This document shows positions 16,691 to 25,780 of a stretch of DNA of 64,000 nt, one piece after another; position 1 is the stretch's first letter; each line of letters starts with the position of its first letter. The DNA lies in contig JAWBWS010000004.1 in NCBI GenBank assembly GCA_038999725.1, forward strand, positions 717 through 64,716. The letters run 5' to 3'. Made by a program: the position numbers and the translations under genes. Below the pieces are notes generated by a model. That model saw nothing but the letters and a program-made list of their open reading frames with translations, was not told the DNA's origin and ran no database searches. The stretch is from Candidatus Aenigmatarchaeota archaeon. GTDB lineage: Archaea > Aenigmatarchaeota > Aenigmatarchaeia > CG10238-14 > SCSR01.

Positions 16691-17916
16691 AAATGAAAAA
16701 GAAAATTTTCCTTATATTTTTGGTTTTAATTTGTATAATAAGCTTTGACAATGCTCAAGCTGATCCAATAATTCAGGCTACTTTTTCAGTTTACCCCCTT
16801 ACCATTTATCCAGGAAGTGATGGCTACATTCAAATGGTTTTGAAGAACACTGGAAATGCCATTGCCACCCAAGTTAAAATTTCAAGAGTTTCTTCTGATG
16901 CACCAATAAAAATTTCTGGAGATTGGATCTCTGGGTTAGGTGGTTTAGGCATAGGTGATACCGCCACACTACTTTTTAAATTTTCAGTTTTGAACACGGC
17001 TTCTCCAGGTTTGTACAATGTGAAATTTGATATAGATTACTGCCAAGATTCTGGTTGTAAAACAATAACACCAAATGCTATAATTAACATTCAATCTCCA
17101 CCAAATGTTCAATTAGTTTCCATCTCACCATCTTATCTTAAACCCAGAGAAAGAACAAATATAACTTTCACCATAGCAAACAAGGGTAATGTACCAATAA
17201 ACAATTTGATTTTCAGTTGGTCTGCATCCAGCTATATATTGCCAATTGGTTATGACAATAGGGTAATAATTCCATATTTGCCGCCAAATTCCATTCATGA
17301 GATTGAAAGAGAGGTTGCCGTCAGCTCAAGTGCAACTCCTGGTGTTTATCCTGTAACTATAATCTTCCAATACACAGACAAGTCTGGAACAAATCAAACA
17401 ATAACTTCAATAGCAGGGATTGAAATAACTGGTGAAACTGATTTTGAAGTAAGTGTTCAAGAAGCTTCTTCTTCATCTTTAACTTTAACTATAGCAAACA
17501 CGGGAATGAACCCAGCCTATTCAGTCCTCGTGAGAATTCCTAAACAAGAAAGTCTTTTCGTCATTGGTAGTTCTTCAAATATTATCGGCAATTTAAATCC
17601 AGGCGATTACACTTTCACAACTTTTCAGCTTATTAGCTTACCAAATGCTACAGATAAAAGGCATCTTTTGATTGAAATTCATTACACTGATGTTTTGGGT
17701 TTAAGAAGAATCCTGGAAAAAGAAATAAATACTTTCGAGCTAAGAACATTTTCCAATAGAACCATTCCAACCATCTCAAGATCTAGAACCATGAGCTCCC
17801 CTTTAACAAGCAACAGCACATTTTACATAATAATTGGAGTTGTGGGGATAATCCTAATCATAATTGTACTGAATTTTTTTGTTTTCAAAAGATTCAAAAC
17901 TTTTAAAAGGAAATGA
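16687..17916 (+). CDS. Secreted beta-rich cell-surface protein with C-terminal TM anchor and basic tail
   Basis: N-terminal signal peptide (KKKIFLIFLVLICIISF). Repeated beta-strand-like segments rich in T/S/N/V. C-terminal IIIGVVGIILIIIVLNFFVFKRFKTFKRK (TM plus Lys/Arg tail). The gene is embedded between the ABC ATPase and permease genes. Confidence 0.6.
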   Translation: MKMKKKIFLIFLVLICIISFDNAQADPIIQATFSVYPLTIYPGSDGYIQMVLKNTGNAIATQVKISRVSSDAPIKISGDWISGLGGLGIGDTATLLFKFSVLNTASPGLYNVKFDIDYCQDSGCKTITPNAIINIQSPPNVQLVSISPSYLKPRERTNITFTIANKGNVPINNLIFSWSASSYILPIGYDNRVIIPYLPPNSIHEIEREVAVSSSATPGVYPVTIIFQYTDKSGTNQTITSIAGIEITGETDFEVSVQEASSSSLTLTIANTGMNPAYSVLVRIPKQESLFVIGSSSNIIGNLNPGDYTFTTFQLISLPNATDKRHLLIEIHYTDVLGLRRILEKEINTFELRTFSNRTIPTISRSRTMSSPLTSNSTFYIIIGVVGIILIIIVLNFFVFKRFKTFKRK

Positions 17917-19181
17917 GGATGAGGATAAGTGACGCCATAAGCCTTTCTCTGAGAAATCTTTCTCAAAGAGGTTTGAGGAGTTGGCTCACTATTTTAGGGA
18001 TAGTTATAGGAATAGCTGCAGTTGTAAGCATACTTTCTGTTGGTGAGGGCATGAAGGAAAGCATCTCTTCTCAACTCAGTAGTTTGGGTGGAGATTTGGT
18101 AACAATTTCACCTGGTGCAACAAGGGCAAGAGGAGAATTTGCTGATGTGAGAACATTTTTTCAAGCAAGATTTGGAAGGGTTGATGTGAAGCTTAATGAT
18201 AAAGATATTCAAGTAATCAAATCAATCCCTGAAGTGAAATATGTTTCTGGAGTAGTTTCTGGAAGAGCTGAATTGAGCTACTTGGGAGAAAAAGTTTATG
18301 TTATGGTTCAGGCTGTGGATGAAAAAGTTTGGAAAGATATGATTAATCTTGAGGTTGAAGATGGAAGAAATTTGATGTCAGGGGATGTTGATGTTGTTGT
18401 GATTGGAAATTATGTTGCCAATAGAATGTTTAAAAATCCAATTTCACTAAACTCTCAAATAAATGTTGCAGGAAAATCTTTCAGAGTTGTTGGAATTTTG
18501 AAAGCTTCTAGTGGTGTTGGTGGGATGATAGGAATCGATAATTCAATTTACATACCTTTGGCTTCAGCAAAAACTGTTTTAAATGTAACCTCAAGTGAGT
18601 ACAATTCAATTCTTGTTAAGGTCAGTAATGTTGAAATTGTGGATGAAATTGTAGAAAGAATTGACAAGCTTTTAATGCTTTCAAGGAAAGTCACAGAAGA
18701 TACAAAAGATTACACCATAACTTCAGTTAAAAGCATCCAAGAAAGAGTCTTGAGTGTGACAGGAACTTTGAATTTCTTCCTAGCTGGAATAGCGGCAATT
18801 TCCTTGATAGTTGGGGCTGTTGGTATTGCTAACACGATGTTTATGTCAGTGATGGAGAGAACAAGGCAAATTGGTACTCTAAAAGCTTTGGGGGCAACAG
18901 ATTATGAAGTTATGTTACTATTCTTGATAGAATCAGGATTTATAGGCTTGGTTGGGGGTTTGATAGGAATTTCTTCAGGCTTCATAGTTTCTGGAATAAT
19001 TTCTGAAATTGGAATTAGGATGCTGGGGATGGGTGGCATGGCTCAAACAGTTGTTTATATTTCACCTCAACTTATCCTCTTCACAATCAGCTTCTCAGTT
19101 TTGATAGGGGTTATTTCTGGTTTGTTGCCTGCAAGAAGGGCAGCAAAGCTACAGCCAGTTGAAGCTTTGAGATATGAGTAA
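17913..19181 (+). CDS. ABC transporter permease (MacB/FtsX-like, with large extracytoplasmic domain)
   Basis: N-terminal TM helix, a ~220-aa periplasmic-type domain, then three or four TM helices (FtsX-like C-terminus ...LPARRAAKLQPVEALRYE). Confidence 0.85.
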   Translation: MRMRISDAISLSLRNLSQRGLRSWLTILGIVIGIAAVVSILSVGEGMKESISSQLSSLGGDLVTISPGATRARGEFADVRTFFQARFGRVDVKLNDKDIQVIKSIPEVKYVSGVVSGRAELSYLGEKVYVMVQAVDEKVWKDMINLEVEDGRNLMSGDVDVVVIGNYVANRMFKNPISLNSQINVAGKSFRVVGILKASSGVGGMIGIDNSIYIPLASAKTVLNVTSSEYNSILVKVSNVEIVDEIVERIDKLLMLSRKVTEDTKDYTITSVKSIQERVLSVTGTLNFFLAGIAAISLIVGAVGIANTMFMSVMERTRQIGTLKALGATDYEVMLLFLIESGFIGLVGGLIGISSGFIVSGIISEIGIRMLGMGGMAQTVVYISPQLILFTISFSVLIGVISGLLPARRAAKLQPVEALRYE

Positions 19182-19212
19182 AATTATTCTTATCTTATGA
19201 GAAAAATTAATT

Positions 19213-19836
19213 ATGGCGTTTGAAGGTATTTTTGAAGCAATTTCCAGACTACCTTACTATTCTCAAATTTCTTCAATAATTGGAGAACCATTTTTTAAAA
19301 TTTTCACATTCACCTTTATTCTTTTCATTTTTGGTATGATAATGTGGGAATTTTATTCCACGCTAGGTGAAAGAGACTTGTTCAAGATAAAAATAGAGCC
19401 TCAAGCAGGCAAGTGGAAAAAGATTAAAGAAATCCTATTCTTCATCTTCAAATACACTATTGCCTTCCCATTTTACACCTTCTTCTGGTTTATTATATTT
19501 TCCATCTTCCTCATATTTCTCGCCAAATCAGTGAACGTGCAAGAAATTTTCTTAATTTCAATTGCCATGATATCCTTTGTTAGAATAACAGCTTATTACA
19601 AAGAAGAGCTTGCCGTATTTGTGGCCCAAGTGATACCTGCTACCTTTCTTGTTATTTTCTTGACAGATCCTACATTCTTTTCAATCGACCTTATACTTGC
19701 TAGATGGGAAGAGTTTCTCTCTTCCTTCCCAGGATTTTTGTACTATCTTCTTTTCACAATATGCCTTGAATGGTTGTTGAGAATTTTTTATTTGCTCAAA
19801 CTTGCAATTCTTAAAAAAATAAGGGAAAATTGGTAA
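19213..19836 (+). CDS. Polytopic membrane protein (hypothetical)
   Basis: 207 aa with five or six hydrophobic helices and no recognisable motif. Confidence 0.4.
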   Translation: MAFEGIFEAISRLPYYSQISSIIGEPFFKIFTFTFILFIFGMIMWEFYSTLGERDLFKIKIEPQAGKWKKIKEILFFIFKYTIAFPFYTFFWFIIFSIFLIFLAKSVNVQEIFLISIAMISFVRITAYYKEELAVFVAQVIPATFLVIFLTDPTFFSIDLILARWEEFLSSFPGFLYYLLFTICLEWLLRIFYLLKLAILKKIRENW

Positions 19837-19915
19837 AGGAAAATGATTTAACCACATCAGTGGCAATTTGTTATTCTGTTGGTGTGAATTAGCTACAAGA
19901 ACCATAGATTAAAAT

Positions 19916-20431
19916 TTAACCTTTCTCCAAGAGCTTTCTTTCCATTTCCACAAATTCTTTATGCTTGCCTTCAATTTCACTTAAAGTTTTCTTAATCCTC
20001 TCATGCTCTTTTTTCAGCTCTTCAGGAATTGGCAACTTCTTTTTTAAGTAATAGTTATAGAGAGCTTCATGCAAAGCATCTATAGCTAGAATTGAGCAAT
20101 GAATCTTGAAGGGTGGTAAAGGTTTGCCAAGTTTTTTTATCAAATCTTCTTTTTTGATTTTCATCACTTCTTCTAAAGTTTTTCCCTTCACCATTGTTGT
20201 AAGCATGCTACTGTTGGCAATGGCAACAATGCATCCAAAAGTCTCAAATTTTATATCTTTGATTATTTTTTTCCCTCTTTTTTCTTCAATTTTCAAATAG
20301 AGTCTCATCACATCCCCACAAACAAGATTCCCAGCCTCACCAATTGCATCAGGATTTTTAATTTTACCCATGTTTCTTGGTTCTTTGAAATGTCGGATTA
20401 TTTGCTTAGAGTAGGGGAAAAACTGTTTCAC
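19916..20431 (-). CDS. iscU: IscU/NifU-type Fe-S cluster scaffold with extended charged C-terminus
   Basis: GNLVCGDVMRLYLKI...FETFGCIVAIANSSMLTTMVKGKTLEE carries the conserved Cys residues of IscU. It is followed by a ~45-aa K/E-rich coiled extension not typical of IscU. Confidence 0.8.
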   Translation of the reverse strand: MKQFFPYSKQIIRHFKEPRNMGKIKNPDAIGEAGNLVCGDVMRLYLKIEEKRGKKIIKDIKFETFGCIVAIANSSMLTTMVKGKTLEEVMKIKKEDLIKKLGKPLPPFKIHCSILAIDALHEALYNYYLKKKLPIPEELKKEHERIKKTLSEIEGKHKEFVEMERKLLEKG

Positions 20432-20432
20432 A

Positions 20433-21596
20433 TCACCACTTTTTCTTGTAGGGGGAAATTTCCCTTAACTTTGCCACAATTCCTGGTAGAACTTTTAAAA
20501 CATAATCAACTTCCCTTTCACTAGACCATCTTCCCAAACTAAGCCTTAGGCTTCCATGGGCTTCATGAGGCTTCAATCCAATGGCAAGCAATACATGACT
20601 TGGTTCAAGAGATTCGGAAGAACAAGCAGAACCTGTTGAAGCTGCTATCCCTTTCATGTCCAAATAAGTTACTAAACTTTCACCTTCTATGAAATCAAAT
20701 CTAAAGTTAGCATTGTTTGGTAATCTTTTTTTCGGGTGACCGTTCAAGTAAGATTTTTCTATTTTTAATACCCCTTTTATCAACTTATCCCTAAGCTTGG
20801 TAAGCCTCTTGGCTTCAGACTTCATCTCTTTCCTTGCAATTTCGGCCGCAACACCAAAACCAACTATACCAGCAACATTAACTGTGCTGGAGCGCAACCC
20901 AAACTCATGGCCCCCACCATGAAGCAGTGGCTCAATTTTTACCCCATCGTTAAGATACAATGCCCCAACACCTTTCGGCCCATACATCTTGTGAGCACTA
21001 ACTGTTAACAAATCGACTTTCATCTTCTCTACATCAACTGGAATTTTTCCATAGCTTTGGGCAGCATCTGTGTGGAAGTAAACCCCTTTTCTTCTGCAAA
21101 TTTTTCCTATTTCTTCTATTGGCTCTATCGTTCCAATTTCATTGTTTGCATGCATGATTGAAACCAAAATTGTGTCTTTCCTTATAGCATTTTCCACATC
21201 TTCAGGATTCACAAGACCATATTTATCCACAGGTAGATAAGTGACTTGAAAACCCTGAGTTTCAAGCCAACGAGCAGCTTCTAGTATACAGTGATGCTCT
21301 ATTGCTGAAACTATTATGTGGTTTCCCTTGTCACGATTGGCAAAAGCTATTCCCTTCAAAGCAAAGTTGTTTGCTTCGGTTGCACTGCTGGTAAAAACTA
21401 CTTTACCGTTTTTAGCATTCATCAACTTCGCAACTTTTTCTCTGGAATCTTCTAAAGCTCTCTTGGCTTCTTGGCCGAAAGAGTGTAAACTCATGCTATT
21501 TCCAAATTTCTTTGAAAAGTATGGTAGCATAGCCTTCAAAACTCTTGGATCTACAGGCGTGGTTGCTGCATAGTCCATATAAACTCTCATTTTCAC
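20433..21596 (-). CDS. iscS: Cysteine desulfurase (IscS/NifS, class V aminotransferase)
   Basis: Lys-PLP motif SAHKMYGPKGVGALY, and HGGGHE...RSST with the active-site Cys region GSACSSES. Confidence 0.9.
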   Translation of the reverse strand: MKMRVYMDYAATTPVDPRVLKAMLPYFSKKFGNSMSLHSFGQEAKRALEDSREKVAKLMNAKNGKVVFTSSATEANNFALKGIAFANRDKGNHIIVSAIEHHCILEAARWLETQGFQVTYLPVDKYGLVNPEDVENAIRKDTILVSIMHANNEIGTIEPIEEIGKICRRKGVYFHTDAAQSYGKIPVDVEKMKVDLLTVSAHKMYGPKGVGALYLNDGVKIEPLLHGGGHEFGLRSSTVNVAGIVGFGVAAEIARKEMKSEAKRLTKLRDKLIKGVLKIEKSYLNGHPKKRLPNNANFRFDFIEGESLVTYLDMKGIAASTGSACSSESLEPSHVLLAIGLKPHEAHGSLRLSLGRWSSEREVDYVLKVLPGIVAKLREISPYKKKW

Positions 21597-21698
21597 AACC
21601 TCAAAACACTTTTTCTCCTAAAACCTTTCTTGTAAATTCTTTTATACCTCTTCTTTTTTTCAGGGAATTCTATTTTATCAACATCAAAGCCCATCAAA

Positions 21699-21995
21699 TC
21701 ATCCTTTCCTACAATATTCACAAACTATTTTCTGAAAGCTTGATCTCTTGAAAGTTTTGCTCTCAATTGCTTTAACGATTTCTTCAGAAATTTTTCTTGC
21801 AGCCTTACTTTTTTCCAGCTTTTTTATTTCCTTCGTGTATTTTCCAGACAAATACTTGCTTATTGCTGCTTGAGTTAAGCCAAGCTTTTTTGCTATTTCT
21901 TCCTGCTTTAGGCCTTTAGCATAGAGTAACTTTGCTGTTCTCACTCTAACAGCTGGAATTATTTGTCTTACCATGACTTCACAAAGCACAGACAT
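21699..21995 (-). CDS. Small HTH transcriptional regulator with C-terminal CxxC, upstream of iscS-iscU
   Basis: HTH segment QEEIAKKLGLTQAAISKYLSGK and a C-terminal ...IVCEYCRKG. It is co-directional with iscSU and lies immediately upstream. Confidence 0.5.
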   Translation of the reverse strand: MSVLCEVMVRQIIPAVRVRTAKLLYAKGLKQEEIAKKLGLTQAAISKYLSGKYTKEIKKLEKSKAARKISEEIVKAIESKTFKRSSFQKIVCEYCRKG

Positions 21996-22107
21996 GATAA
22001 TTTTTTACAACTTGGTTATATTTATGCTTTAAAGTCAGCTTTAAATCTTCTAGAAAAAAGATTTTTAAATGAAGTATTTAAGATTAATTTAAGGAGTTTG
22101 AAAGTGT

Positions 22108-22310
22108 GCGCCAGTAGTCTAGTCTGGTAGGACACGAGAAGTTTTTCGTGAACTTCCCAAGTTTGGAGAGAGCTTGGGACCCGGGTTCAAATTTGAGTGA
22201 GGATATGTTTAAAGTTTTGATAAGAATAGGTTTAAAATACAAATAGGTTTTACATCTTGAGAAAATGCTAAAATTGCTGTCCTCACTCAATGAAAATCCC
22301 GGCTGGCGCA
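22108..22310 (+). tRNA. Intron-containing tRNA (identity unresolved) with a ~110-nt insertion at the T-loop
   Basis: Acceptor GCGCCAG (22108–22114) pairs with CTGGCGC (22303–22309), followed by discriminator A. D-arm GTCT-AGTCTGGTA-GGAC. T-stem CCGGG plus loop TTCAAAT (22181–22192) is separated from its partner CCCGG (22298–22302) by an insertion bounded by the inverted repeats TTGAGTGAGGA ... TCCTCACTCAA. The anticodon region contains hairpins with 8–9-nt loops, so the anticodon cannot be assigned by eye. Confidence 0.6.
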
Positions 22311-22565
22311 CTTAATCCATGCTTCAATTCTCTTTTTCCTAAGACTAAGTCAAACCAAAAACTCTTCCCATAAATTCTCAAATTTTCTAAACATTTTATC
22401 TCTAAGTTTTTCGAATTCAGACTTAAACTACTTGATTCTGTTGAAAGACTCTATCTTTAGAAAATGGAAGATTAGAATAAATAAAATTAAGTTGAGTATA
22501 ATAATAATTATGAAAAAGAAGGAGGTTGACAAAATTGAAATTTTGTCCAAATTCCTGAAAAAGAG

Positions 22566-22955
22566 TTGAAAAGAGAGTTAAGAAAACTGATTAAAAATAT
22601 GAAATGGAGATATGCTAGTTTTTTCCATAGATATACTGTATTGCTTAGAAAAAAAGGCTTGAAGATAGATTTAAGGCACGAGTATGTTGCAAAAGACAAT
22701 CCTGAAAAATTCCATGCTACAAAAAGAGATTTGTCTAGACTTTACGATTTGATGAAGGAGTACATTAGGAGGCATGGTAAAGTAGAACTTTTCAGCCAAC
22801 AATTAAAGTTGACTCCATATGCTATTCTGGATGGATATAAATATTGGTTTCATCCAAGCAGCGGTACAGAATGTGACGACATATCTCCAGTTTTAAACAG
22901 AAAACCATTGAAGGGATATGGAAAAATCACAATTCGCAAGTCAAAAAAAGTTTAA
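22566..22955 (+). CDS. Hypothetical basic protein
   Basis: 129-aa ORF between the tRNA and rpl18e with no recognisable motifs. Coding potential seems reasonable. Confidence 0.4.
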   Translation: MKRELRKLIKNMKWRYASFFHRYTVLLRKKGLKIDLRHEYVAKDNPEKFHATKRDLSRLYDLMKEYIRRHGKVELFSQQLKLTPYAILDGYKYWFHPSSGTECDDISPVLNRKPLKGYGKITIRKSKKV

Positions 22956-22989
22956 AAACTATTAACCAAAAAATTAAGAGAGTGGTGAA

Positions 22990-23352
22990 ATGAAGCCAAC
23001 AGGACCAACAAACCCTTACTTGAAGCAGCTTGTAGAAGAGTTGAAGCAGAAATCTAGAGAGTTAAAAGCTCCAATTTGGAAAGCTGTGGCCAAAAATCTA
23101 GAGAGGCCTAGAAGAAGAAAGGTCGAAGTAAATGTTTACAAGATAGAGAGAAATGCAAAAGAAAATGAAACTGTAATTGTGCCAGGAGTAGTTTTAGGTA
23201 GTGGTGAGATAAAAAAACCAGTTAGAGTGGCAGCTTGGAGATTCTCACCGCAGGCAGAAGAAAAGATAAGAAAAGCTGGTGGCACCGTGATGAAAATTGA
23301 AGATGTTTTGAAAGAAAATCCTAAAGGTAGTAATGTGAAAATTTTGGTGTGA
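22990..23352 (+). CDS. rpl18e: 50S ribosomal protein L18e
   Basis: MKPTGPTNPYLKQLVEELKQKSRE...PIWKAVAKNLERPRRRKVEVNV is the characteristic L18e N-terminus; 120 aa. Confidence 0.85.
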   Translation: MKPTGPTNPYLKQLVEELKQKSRELKAPIWKAVAKNLERPRRRKVEVNVYKIERNAKENETVIVPGVVLGSGEIKKPVRVAAWRFSPQAEEKIRKAGGTVMKIEDVLKENPKGSNVKILV

Positions 23353-23355
23353 GTC

Positions 23356-23778
23356 ATGATAATCTATGATGCAGAGAATCAGATTCTGGGAAGAATTTGC
23401 TCAAAGATAGCAAAAGATTTGCTGAATGGAGAGAAGGTTTTTGTTGTGAATTGTGAAAAAGCTGTTGTTTCTGGAAACCCAAAGCACATTCAAAAAAGAT
23501 ACTTGGAGAAGATTTGGCGAGGAGATGTGAAGCATGGCCCCTTCTTTCCGAGAACTCCAGATGGAATTTTCAGGAGAACAGTTCGGGGCATGTTGCCATG
23601 GCATAAAGCCAAAGGCAGGAAAGCTTACAAGAACCTAAAGGTTTTTATTGGTCTTCCGGAAGAATTTAAGGGCAAGGAGCTGAAGAAAGTGAAAGAAGCG
23701 GATGCCTCCAAGCTTAAGACTAAATTCATGAGTTTGGGAGAGATATCCTTAGCTATAGGTGCGAAAAAGAGATGGTAA
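23356..23778 (+). CDS. rpl13: 50S ribosomal protein L13
   Basis: MIIYDAENQILGRICSKIAKDLLNGEKVFVVNCEKAVVSG... is the archaeal L13 pattern; 140 aa, directly after L18e as in the conserved cluster. Confidence 0.9.
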   Translation: MIIYDAENQILGRICSKIAKDLLNGEKVFVVNCEKAVVSGNPKHIQKRYLEKIWRGDVKHGPFFPRTPDGIFRRTVRGMLPWHKAKGRKAYKNLKVFIGLPEEFKGKELKKVKEADASKLKTKFMSLGEISLAIGAKKRW

Positions 23779-23811
23779 AAAGTTTTTCTTAGTATTTCTC
23801 AAAATAGAATT

Positions 23812-24492
23812 ATGAAGCTACCCTTGATTCTAATAAATTTCAAGTGTTATGTTTCTGGTAGGAAAGCTTACAGGCTTGCAAAAATTTGTGAAGAGGTAGT
23901 TGAAAAATTTGATGTTAACATAGCAGTTGCTCCCCAGTTCACGGACATAGCGACAATAACAAAAAATTTGAAAATAAGTGTTTTCGCTCAACACATGGAT
24001 GCAATAGAGGAAGGAGCTTTCACAGGCCACATAAGCGGGAAAGCTTTGAAGGAAGCTAAGGTAAATGGGGTTATCCTAAACCATTCTGAGAAAAAAATGG
24101 GCTTGGATGAAATTGAGAAATGTGTGAAAATTGCAAAAAGGTTAAGACTAATCACAGTTTGTTGCGCTAGCAACTTAGAAGAAGGAAAAGAAATAGCAAA
24201 TTTTAAGCCAGATTTCTTGGCTTATGAAGATCCTTTTTTGATTGGGACAGGAAGAGCAATTTCTAGAGTCAAGCCGGATAGTGTGAGAGAATTTGTTGAG
24301 GTTATGGGGAAAATTGAACCTGAAGTAAAGGTTTTGTGTGGAGCTGGAATTTCTTCTGGTGAAGATGTAAAAAAAGCTTTAGAGCTTGGTACTGTAGGCG
24401 TGCTTGTTTCTTCAGCTGTGGTTAAATCAAAAAACCCTAGAAAAGTGTTGGAAGAATTTTGTAAAATTTATAGAATAGAAAATAAAATCTAA
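23812..24492 (+). CDS. tpiA: Triosephosphate isomerase (archaeal short type)
   Basis: ~225 aa with LILINFKCY, the catalytic region GVILNHSEKK (His–Ser–Glu), and a GAGISSGEDV phosphate-binding loop. Confidence 0.85.
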   Translation: MKLPLILINFKCYVSGRKAYRLAKICEEVVEKFDVNIAVAPQFTDIATITKNLKISVFAQHMDAIEEGAFTGHISGKALKEAKVNGVILNHSEKKMGLDEIEKCVKIAKRLRLITVCCASNLEEGKEIANFKPDFLAYEDPFLIGTGRAISRVKPDSVREFVEVMGKIEPEVKVLCGAGISSGEDVKKALELGTVGVLVSSAVVKSKNPRKVLEEFCKIYRIENKI

Positions 24493-24497
24493 TAATT

Positions 24498-25241
24498 ATG
24501 AAGCTGAAAGACAAAGTTGCTGTTGTAACTGGTGCTGGTCAGGGTATAGGAAGAGAAATTGCTCTAGCTTTTGCTAGGGAAGGGGCAAAAGTTGTTGTCA
24601 CAGATATAAGTGGAAAGGAAGAAGAAGTGGCAAGAGAAATAGAAAGTCTGGGAAGGGAGGCTTTAGCTCTAAAGCTTGATGTTTCCAGCAATGAAGATGC
24701 AAAAAAAATGGCAGAAGAAGTCTTGAAGAAATTTGGAAGAATTGACATTCTTGTGAACAATGCTGGAATATTCCCATTCAAGCCTTTTCTCGAGATGGAG
24801 GAAAAAGATTGGGAAAAGGTTTTAAATGTAAACTTGAAGGGGACTTACAATTGCACTAAAGCTGTTGTTGGTGCAATGATTCAGCAAAGGTATGGTAAGA
24901 TAATCAACATTTCTTCAATAGCTGGTTCTGTTGTTGGCTTTCAGCATCTTGTCCACTATTCGGCAAGCAAAGCTGGCATAGTAGGTTTCACAAGAGCTTT
25001 GGCTTTAGAGCTAGCTCCCTTTGGAATAAACGTGAATGCCATAGCTCCTGGTCCAATAGAGACTCCCGGAACAAAAGCTTTAGGTACAGAGATGTACGAG
25101 CAGATAAAGAAAGCTATACCAATAGGAAGATGGGGGAAACCTGAGGATATAGCAAACTTAGCAGTTTTTCTTGCAAGCGATGAATCAAGCCTCATAACAG
25201 GGCAGTGTATAGTTGCAGATGGTGGCTACACACTTCAGTGA
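24498..25241 (+). CDS. Short-chain dehydrogenase/reductase (FabG/glucose dehydrogenase-like)
   Basis: TGAGQGIGREIA Rossmann motif, NNAG, and catalytic S...YSASKAG tetrad. Confidence 0.85.
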   Translation: MKLKDKVAVVTGAGQGIGREIALAFAREGAKVVVTDISGKEEEVAREIESLGREALALKLDVSSNEDAKKMAEEVLKKFGRIDILVNNAGIFPFKPFLEMEEKDWEKVLNVNLKGTYNCTKAVVGAMIQQRYGKIINISSIAGSVVGFQHLVHYSASKAGIVGFTRALALELAPFGINVNAIAPGPIETPGTKALGTEMYEQIKKAIPIGRWGKPEDIANLAVFLASDESSLITGQCIVADGGYTLQ

Positions 25242-25737
25242 TATTTTATAAGAAACTTGCGCTGAAGGTATTCGTAAGCTGAAAGAACAGCTTTGGCTCC
25301 TTCGCCAGCCACAATTATCTACTTCCATTTCACATCAGTCACATCACCAGCAGCAAACAAACCAGCTATGTTGGTCTTACAGTTTTGGTCTATATCTATT
25401 TCTCCCTTTTTGCTTAGCTTGGCTTAAGACAGATCATGATTATAACACCTTCTACATTCAATTTCAAAACTTCTTTTGTTTCAAATTCTAGGGTTGTTGA
25501 AGATTTTAACAAAACTAAGTTTTTTCACACTATCCCTTAAGATTTCCTCACTCTTAGGTCTTGGACCAATATGTTTTTCTTTTTGTTGAGATCTTGAAAA
25601 GTTCCTTCTCTTTACTCACTTCTTTCAACATCTGTAGACAAACTGACTTGGCCACCAACATCGAGAGTTACAAGCAGTTATTCCAGCAAGGCTAGCACCA
25701 ACTATGATGCAATCATAAGGCACGATGCTTTTTTTCC
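25234..25737 (-). pseudogene. Decayed thioredoxin-reductase-like flavoprotein gene (pyridine nucleotide-disulfide oxidoreductase remnant)
   Basis: Minus-strand fragments in different frames: an N-terminal FAD fold (ME)KKSIVPYDCIIVGASLAGITACNS with a frameshift inside an A7 run at the start codon; DVGGQVSLSTDVE (GGQ motif); a C-terminal GEIDIDQNCKTNIAGLFAAGDVTDVKW; then IVAGEGAKAVLSAYEYLQ. Stops lie between the fragments and the total length is about half that of an intact trxB. Its 3' end overlaps the SDR gene stop. Confidence 0.6.
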
Positions 25738-25780
25738 ATAAAATATATTTAGCCAATTAAACAAAATAATTAAGGATACT

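Noticed and set aside
22108-22310. Reading the 22108–22310 locus as a minus-strand tRNA
   Set aside because: On the minus strand the T-loop would read ATTTGAA rather than the canonical TTCAAAT, and the D-loop GG would be lost. The plus-strand orientation fits all conserved positions.
22084-22311. Minus-strand 75-aa ORF across the tRNA at 22108–22310
   Set aside because: It lies entirely within the tRNA exons and T-loop insertion and has no protein features. The insert might still encode something (some archaeal tRNA introns do), but an antisense 75-aa ORF is unlikely.
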